Source: Anaeromyxobacteraceae bacterium (GTDB lineage Bacteria > Myxococcota > Myxococcia > Myxococcales > Anaeromyxobacteraceae). From it: a stretch of DNA of 64,000 nucleotides. Shown here one piece after another: positions 59,427 through 64,000 of the stretch. The notes beneath the pieces are model-generated. The model was given only the letters and a program-made list of their open reading frames with translations, searched no databases and was not told where the DNA came from. Both the position numbers and the translations under genes were made by a program. The first letter of the stretch is position 1, and every line of letters starts with the position of its first letter. The stretch is taken from assembly GCA_032654565.1 (NCBI GenBank), contig JAULAX010000015.1, forward strand, positions 864,001 through 928,000, given 5' to 3'.

Positions 59427-61786
59427 CCGCGATGCCCCTTCCAGGCCAGGCCCGCGGCGTAGCGGGCCTGGAGCGCCGCCAGCACCGCCGGCGGACGGAA
59501 CGGCAGCCGGGTGAGCCGCACCCCCACGGCGTCGTGGATGGCGTTGGCGATGGCCGGGATGGAGGGGTGGAGCGGCCCCTCGCCCGCCTCCTTGGCGCCG
59601 TACGGTCCCTCCCGGTCGTGGCTCTCGACGATGATCGACTCCAGCTCCGGGGTGTCGAGGGTGGTCGCCAGCGGGTAGTCGAGCAGCGAAGGGCCACGGT
59701 GGAGCCCGCGCTCGTCGTAGGCCTGCTCCTCGAGGAGCGCCTCGCCGAAGCCCATGGCGGCGCTCCCCTCCATCTGCCCCTCCACCAGCATGGGGTTGAG
59801 GGCGCGGCCGCAGTCGTGGGCCACCCAGATCTTCCGTACCCGGACCTGCCCGGTCTCCCCGTCCACCTCCACCTCGGCGATGTGGGCGCTGAAGGAGTAG
59901 GCCGGCGAGGCGCCGATGGTGCCGCCGCGGTAGCTGCCGTGGACGTCCTTGGGGGTGTTGTAGGAGCCGACGCCGCCCAGGGTGCCGGAGCGGGCCTCGG
60001 CGGCCTGGAAGGCCTCGGCGATGGGGAGCGAGTGCGAGGGGACGCCGGGCGCGGTGGCGCAGCCGTCGGCCAGCCGGACCTGCCCCGGGGGCACGCCCCA
60101 GCGCTCGGCCAGGGCCTCCTGGATCTGCCGCTTCACACCGGCGCAGGCGGCGATGGCGGCGTTGCCGGCCATGAAGGTGATGCGAGAGGAGTAGGCCCCC
60201 AGGTCGACCGGGGTCAGGTCGGTGTCGGCCGTGACCACCCGGATCGAGTCGAGCGCCACGCCCAGCTCCTCGGCCACGATGTAGGCCAGCACCGAGTCGC
60301 AGCCCTGGCCGATGTCGCTCACCCCGGCGAAGACGGTGACCCGGCCGGAGCGATCGACCTTGAGCTGCACCGCCGACTGCGGCATCTCGTTGGGGTAGAT
60401 GGGGTAGTTGGTCCCGGAGATGTAGGTGGAGCCGGCCACCCCGACCCCCCGGCCGAAGGGGAGCCGCCGGAACTTCTCCTTCCAGCCGCTGGCCCGCTCC
60501 ACCCCGGCCAGGCACTCCAGGAAGCCGTTGGAGGTGATCCGGAACTCGTTGATGGTGCGGGTGTCCGGCCCGAGGACGTTGCGCCGGCGCAGCTCGATGG
60601 GGTCGAGGTCGACGCGCTCGGCCAGCATGTCGAGGGCGCACTCGAAGGCGAAGCGGGGCTGGACCGAACCGTGGCCTCGCTTGGGGCCGCAGGAGGGCTT
60701 GTTGGTGAAGACCCGCGTCGAGTCGAACTCGTAGGCCGGGAGGCGGTAGGGGGCGCCGAGGAGCTGGCCCGAGTAGTAGGTGGTCACCAGGCCGAAGGAG
60801 GAGTGGGCGCCGCCGTCGATCTGGATCCGGGCCTGGACCGCGGTGAGCCTCCCGTCGCGGTCCGCCCCCACCCGGTAGGTCATCAGCATGGGGTGACGGC
60901 CGCGGTGGGCGGTGAAGACCTCCTCGCGGGTGTAGAGGATCTTCACCGGCCGGCCGGTCAGGCAGGAGAGCTTGGCCACCGCGAACTCGAGGTCGAAGGG
61001 TTCGCTCTTGCCGCCGAAGCCTCCGCCCACCGCCGGCTGGATGACGCGGATGCGGTCGACCGGGAGCTCCAGGACGCGGCTCAGCTCGCGATGGAGGTAG
61101 TGCGGCACCTGGGTGCTGGAGTGGACGGTGAGGATCCCGTCGGCCCCGAGGTCGCCCATCGCGCAGTGCGGCTCGATGGCGGCGTGGGTCGACCCGGCGT
61201 GGAACCAGGTGTCCTCCACCAGCACCTCGGCGCCGGCCAGCCCGCCCTCGACGTCGCCGAAGGTGAGCCGCACCTGCTTGGAGACGTTCCCCTTCCCGGC
61301 GAAGGTGTTCACCTGGGTCTCCGGGTGGGCCAGCGCCTCCTCGACGGTCAGCACCGCCGGCAGCACCTGGTAGTCGACCTCGATGAGCTCGAGCGCCGCC
61401 TCGGCGATCCGCTCGTCGTCGGCCGCCACCGCCGCCACCCCGTCGCCGACGTAGAGCACCTTGTCGATGGCCAGCGGGTACTCGTCGCGGGTCCAGGGGA
61501 TGATGCCGTAGGCCACCGGCAGGTCGCGCCCGGTGATGACGGCGTGGACCCCGGCCAGGGCCGAGGCGCGGGTGGTGTCGATGGAGCGGATCCGGGCGTG
61601 GGCGTGGGGGGAGCGCAGGATCTTGCCGTGGAGGAGCCGGGCCGGCTGCAGGTCGTCGGTGAAGAGGGTCTGGCCGGTGACCTTGCGCCGCCCATCCACC
61701 TTCCGGTTCCGCTTGCCGATGACCGAGAAGGCGGCGGCCTCGCCGTCCCCCGGACCAGGCGGCCCGCCCTGGCGCTGGTCGCTCAC
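59423..61786 (-). CDS. hcrA: Molybdopterin-binding subunit, xanthine-oxidase family, 4-hydroxybenzoyl-CoA reductase alpha-like
   Basis: DG..KVTG, ILRSPHAHARI, STQVPHY, GGGFGGK, TREE.F.AHRGRH, CGPKRGHG, DIGQG, G.YSSR.TFM.GNA, GAKEAGEG. Confidence 0.75.
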   Translation of the reverse strand: MSDQRQGGPPGPGDGEAAAFSVIGKRNRKVDGRRKVTGQTLFTDDLQPARLLHGKILRSPHAHARIRSIDTTRASALAGVHAVITGRDLPVAYGIIPWTRDEYPLAIDKVLYVGDGVAAVAADDERIAEAALELIEVDYQVLPAVLTVEEALAHPETQVNTFAGKGNVSKQVRLTFGDVEGGLAGAEVLVEDTWFHAGSTHAAIEPHCAMGDLGADGILTVHSSTQVPHYLHRELSRVLELPVDRIRVIQPAVGGGFGGKSEPFDLEFAVAKLSCLTGRPVKILYTREEVFTAHRGRHPMLMTYRVGADRDGRLTAVQARIQIDGGAHSSFGLVTTYYSGQLLGAPYRLPAYEFDSTRVFTNKPSCGPKRGHGSVQPRFAFECALDMLAERVDLDPIELRRRNVLGPDTRTINEFRITSNGFLECLAGVERASGWKEKFRRLPFGRGVGVAGSTYISGTNYPIYPNEMPQSAVQLKVDRSGRVTVFAGVSDIGQGCDSVLAYIVAEELGVALDSIRVVTADTDLTPVDLGAYSSRITFMAGNAAIAACAGVKRQIQEALAERWGVPPGQVRLADGCATAPGVPSHSLPIAEAFQAAEARSGTLGGVGSYNTPKDVHGSYRGGTIGASPAYSFSAHIAEVEVDGETGQVRVRKIWVAHDCGRALNPMLVEGQMEGSAAMGFGEALLEEQAYDERGLHRGPSLLDYPLATTLDTPELESIIVESHDREGPYGAKEAGEGPLHPSIPAIANAIHDAVGVRLTRLPFRPPAVLAALQARYAAGLAWKGHRG

Positions 61787-62286
61787 GTGCCGCTCCGGCC
61801 CGGCGGCGCCGGGCGCGACGCCTGGATCACCCCGGCGGCCGTCACCACCGCGTCCAGGATCTTGGTGTAGCCGGTGCAGCGGCAGAGGTTGCCGGCCAGC
61901 GCCTGGCGAACCTCCTCGAGGGTCGGCTGGGCGTTCTCCTCCAGGAGCGCGAAGGCGCTCATCAGCATGCCCGGCGTGCAGAAGCCGCACTGGGCCGCGC
62001 CCTGGCTGTCGAAGGCGTCCTGGAGCGGATGGAGCCGGCCGGCGCTCGCCAGCCCCTCGACGGTGGTCACCTGCCGCCCGTCCACCGCCCGGGCCAGGAC
62101 CAGGCAGGCCAGCACGGCGCGGCCGTCGAGGAGCACGGTGCAGGCGCCGCAGTCGCCCTTGTCGCAGCCCTGCTTCGAGCCGGTCAGGTGGAGGTCCTGG
62201 CGCAGGCACTCGAGGAGCGTGGTGGCGGGCTCGACCGCCACCTCGACCGGGTCGCCGTTGACCACGAAGCGAAGGCGCTCCTTCAC
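61783..62286 (-). CDS. hcrC: 2x[2Fe-2S] small subunit, 4-hydroxybenzoyl-CoA reductase gamma-like
   Basis: GSKQGCDKGDCGACTVLLDG, QCGFCTPG, GNLCRCTGY. Confidence 0.8.
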   Translation of the reverse strand: MKERLRFVVNGDPVEVAVEPATTLLECLRQDLHLTGSKQGCDKGDCGACTVLLDGRAVLACLVLARAVDGRQVTTVEGLASAGRLHPLQDAFDSQGAAQCGFCTPGMLMSAFALLEENAQPTLEEVRQALAGNLCRCTGYTKILDAVVTAAGVIQASRPAPPGRSGT

Positions 62287-63860
62287 CGGGCCTCCGCGCT
62301 GGCGAGGACCGCCGCGTACCGATCCCGAAGCACCCGGTGCAGGATCTTGCCGGTGGCGGTCCGGGGCATCTCCTCGTCGGCGATGAAGTGGATCTGTCGC
62401 GGGCACTTGTAGCCGGCCAGCTCGCGGCGAGTCAGCGAGGTGAGCGCCGCCGCCGACGGCGAGCTCCCCGGCCGCGCCACCACCACGGCGGTGACCGCTT
62501 CGCCCCAGGTGGCATCCGGCAGCCCGATGACCGCCACGTCGCCGACGTCGGGGTGGCCGGCCAGCACCTTCTCCACCTCCGACGGGTAGACCTTCTCCCC
62601 GCCGGTGATGATCATGTTGCTCTTGCGATCGACCAGCGTGTAGAAGCCGTCGCCGTCGCGCCGCGCCAGGTCGCCGGCGGTGCAGTACCCGTGGCGCCGG
62701 GCGCGGGCGGTGGCCTCGGGGAGGTTCCAGTAGCCGTCGAAGGCGGTCGGCGTCCGGGCCCAGAGCTCCCCGACCTCGCCGTCGGCCACCTCGGCGCCGC
62801 CCTCGTCGAGGAGCCGGAGCCGGCCGATGCCGACGATCTCCCGGCCGATGGAGCCGAGCTTGTCGAACTGCTGCTCGGGGCGCAGCAGCGTCACCAGGCC
62901 GGCCTCGGTCGAGCCGTAGGCCTCGAAGAGCCGCGAGGAGCGGAAGCAGGCCATGATGGCCAGCTTGGTGTCGCGGCGCGCCGGCGCCGAGGAGATGAGG
63001 AGCTTGTCGACGTGGCTGAGGTCACGGGCGCCGCGGACCGCCTCGGGGAGCCCCAGCATCATGGTGTAGTGGGTGGGGACCAGCGAGGTGAAGGTGATGC
63101 GCTCCTCGGCCAGCACCCGCAGCAGGTGCTCGGGGTCGAAGCTCTTGCGGTCGTAGACACAGACCTGGGCGCCCAGGTAGGTGAACACGAAGCCGTAGAA
63201 GACCGAGTTCACGTGGCAGAGCGGCATCACGGCCAGCCCGACGTCGTCGCGCGTGAAGCCGAACTCGATGGCGTTGAGGAGGTAGAAGAGGGCGTAGCTC
63301 CGGTGGCTCCGGATGGCTCCCTTCGGACGGCCGGTGGTCCCCGAGGTGTACATCAGCGTCCACGGGTCCTCGGGGCGGACGGTGACGGCGGGCGGGTGGT
63401 CGGCGCCGGTGGCCAGCAGCTCCTCGTAGTCGCGGTAGCCCGCCTCGAGCCGCTCGCCGCCGATCTGGATCCAGCGGCCGGCCCGGACGCCCAGGCTGTC
63501 GCGCAGGGGGCCCATGGCCTCGACCAGGTCGGCGCCCACCACCAGGGCGGCGGCGCTGCTGTCCTCGACCAGGTAGCGGACCTCCGGGGTGGCCAGCCGG
63601 AAGTTGACCGGCACCGCCACCAGGCCGGCCTTGGCGCAGGCGGCGTAGAGCTCCAGCCACTCCAGGCAGTTGTAGGCGTAGATGGCCACCCTGGCGCCCG
63701 GACCGAGCCCCAGGCCGATGAGCGCGTTGGCCAGCCGGTTGGCCCGGGTCTCGTACTGCGCCCAGTTCAGGGCCCGCCGAAGATCCCGGACCGCGGGGCG
63801 GAGGGGCTGGAGCCGGGCGTTGACGGTGATGATCTCGCCGATGTTGAGGAGCTGGTGCAT
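62283..63860 (-). CDS. AMP-dependent acyl-CoA synthetase (CoA ligase)
   Basis: YTSGTTGRPKG, YGSTE, AGDLA..D.DG...LVDRK.NMIITGGEKVYP.EVE, PRTATGKI. Confidence 0.92.
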   Translation of the reverse strand: MHQLLNIGEIITVNARLQPLRPAVRDLRRALNWAQYETRANRLANALIGLGLGPGARVAIYAYNCLEWLELYAACAKAGLVAVPVNFRLATPEVRYLVEDSSAAALVVGADLVEAMGPLRDSLGVRAGRWIQIGGERLEAGYRDYEELLATGADHPPAVTVRPEDPWTLMYTSGTTGRPKGAIRSHRSYALFYLLNAIEFGFTRDDVGLAVMPLCHVNSVFYGFVFTYLGAQVCVYDRKSFDPEHLLRVLAEERITFTSLVPTHYTMMLGLPEAVRGARDLSHVDKLLISSAPARRDTKLAIMACFRSSRLFEAYGSTEAGLVTLLRPEQQFDKLGSIGREIVGIGRLRLLDEGGAEVADGEVGELWARTPTAFDGYWNLPEATARARRHGYCTAGDLARRDGDGFYTLVDRKSNMIITGGEKVYPSEVEKVLAGHPDVGDVAVIGLPDATWGEAVTAVVVARPGSSPSAAALTSLTRRELAGYKCPRQIHFIADEEMPRTATGKILHRVLRDRYAAVLASAEAR

Positions 63861-63874
63861 GCCAGGTCTCCCGG

Positions 63875-64000
63875 TCAGGCGTCGCCGGCGGCAGCGGCGC
63901 CGGCCGCGGCGGAAAAGGCGGCGTGGGCCACGCCCACCGCGCCGATCTCCTGGGCCAGCTTCGGCACGATGACCCGGCTGCCGATGGCCTGCTCCAGCAA
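63875..64000 (-). CDS. 3' end of a probable BadF/BadG/BcrA/BcrD-family ASKHA ATPase (benzoyl-CoA reductase subunit or dehydratase activator); truncated by window end
   Basis: LLEQAIGSRVIVPKLAQEIGAVGVAHAA matches the typical C-terminal L...LG..V.VP..PQ..GA.GAA..A pattern; only 41 codons visible. Confidence 0.5.
   Translation of the reverse strand: MLEQAIGSRVIVPKLAQEIGAVGVAHAAFSAAAGAAAAGDA

Noticed and set aside
58386..62286. Ordinary xanthine dehydrogenase or aerobic CO dehydrogenase
   Set aside because: No CoxL AYxCSFR/AYRGAGR motif; the FAD subunit carries the HcrB-type Cys insertion and the genes are coupled to a CoA ligase

Overview
Very GC-rich chromosomal window, most likely from an Anaeromyxobacter-like myxobacterium (Myxococcota). 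That assignment is inferred from gene content: the AlaS 'CQGVACDCDRW' insert, a STAS gene between mraZ and rsmH, a myxobacterial-type HNH gene and multiheme cytochromes. Layout: (1) 1-14.8 kb is mixed housekeeping (M13 peptidase, CHAD/CYTH protein, thrH, SUI1, lytic transglycosylases, ZIP, dusB, ABC exporter, trmB, DUF2891). It also holds a tetraheme cytochrome c3-DUF1566 fusion bracketed by a duplicated 3' end of the SUI1 gene. (2) 15-25.3 kb is an accessory island of secreted or surface lipoproteins with a 195-bp decayed internal duplication. (3) alaS and small genes. (4) A complete dcw cluster (mraZ to ftsZ, minus strand) is split between ddl and ftsQ by a ~5.8-kb opposite-strand insert. 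The insert carries a triheme and a decaheme cytochrome c, three tandem CxxC-less thioredoxin-fold/TPR paralogues and a broken HNH gene. (5) 55.6-64 kb is a likely anaerobic aromatic-acid cluster: BcrA/D-type ATPase (partial), CoA ligase, hcrC-A-B-like molybdoenzyme, XdhC, MocA and a solute-binding protein. No CRISPR array, rRNA, tRNA, integrase, transposase or reverse transcriptase was recognised. All calls come from motif recognition by eye; no database searches were run.
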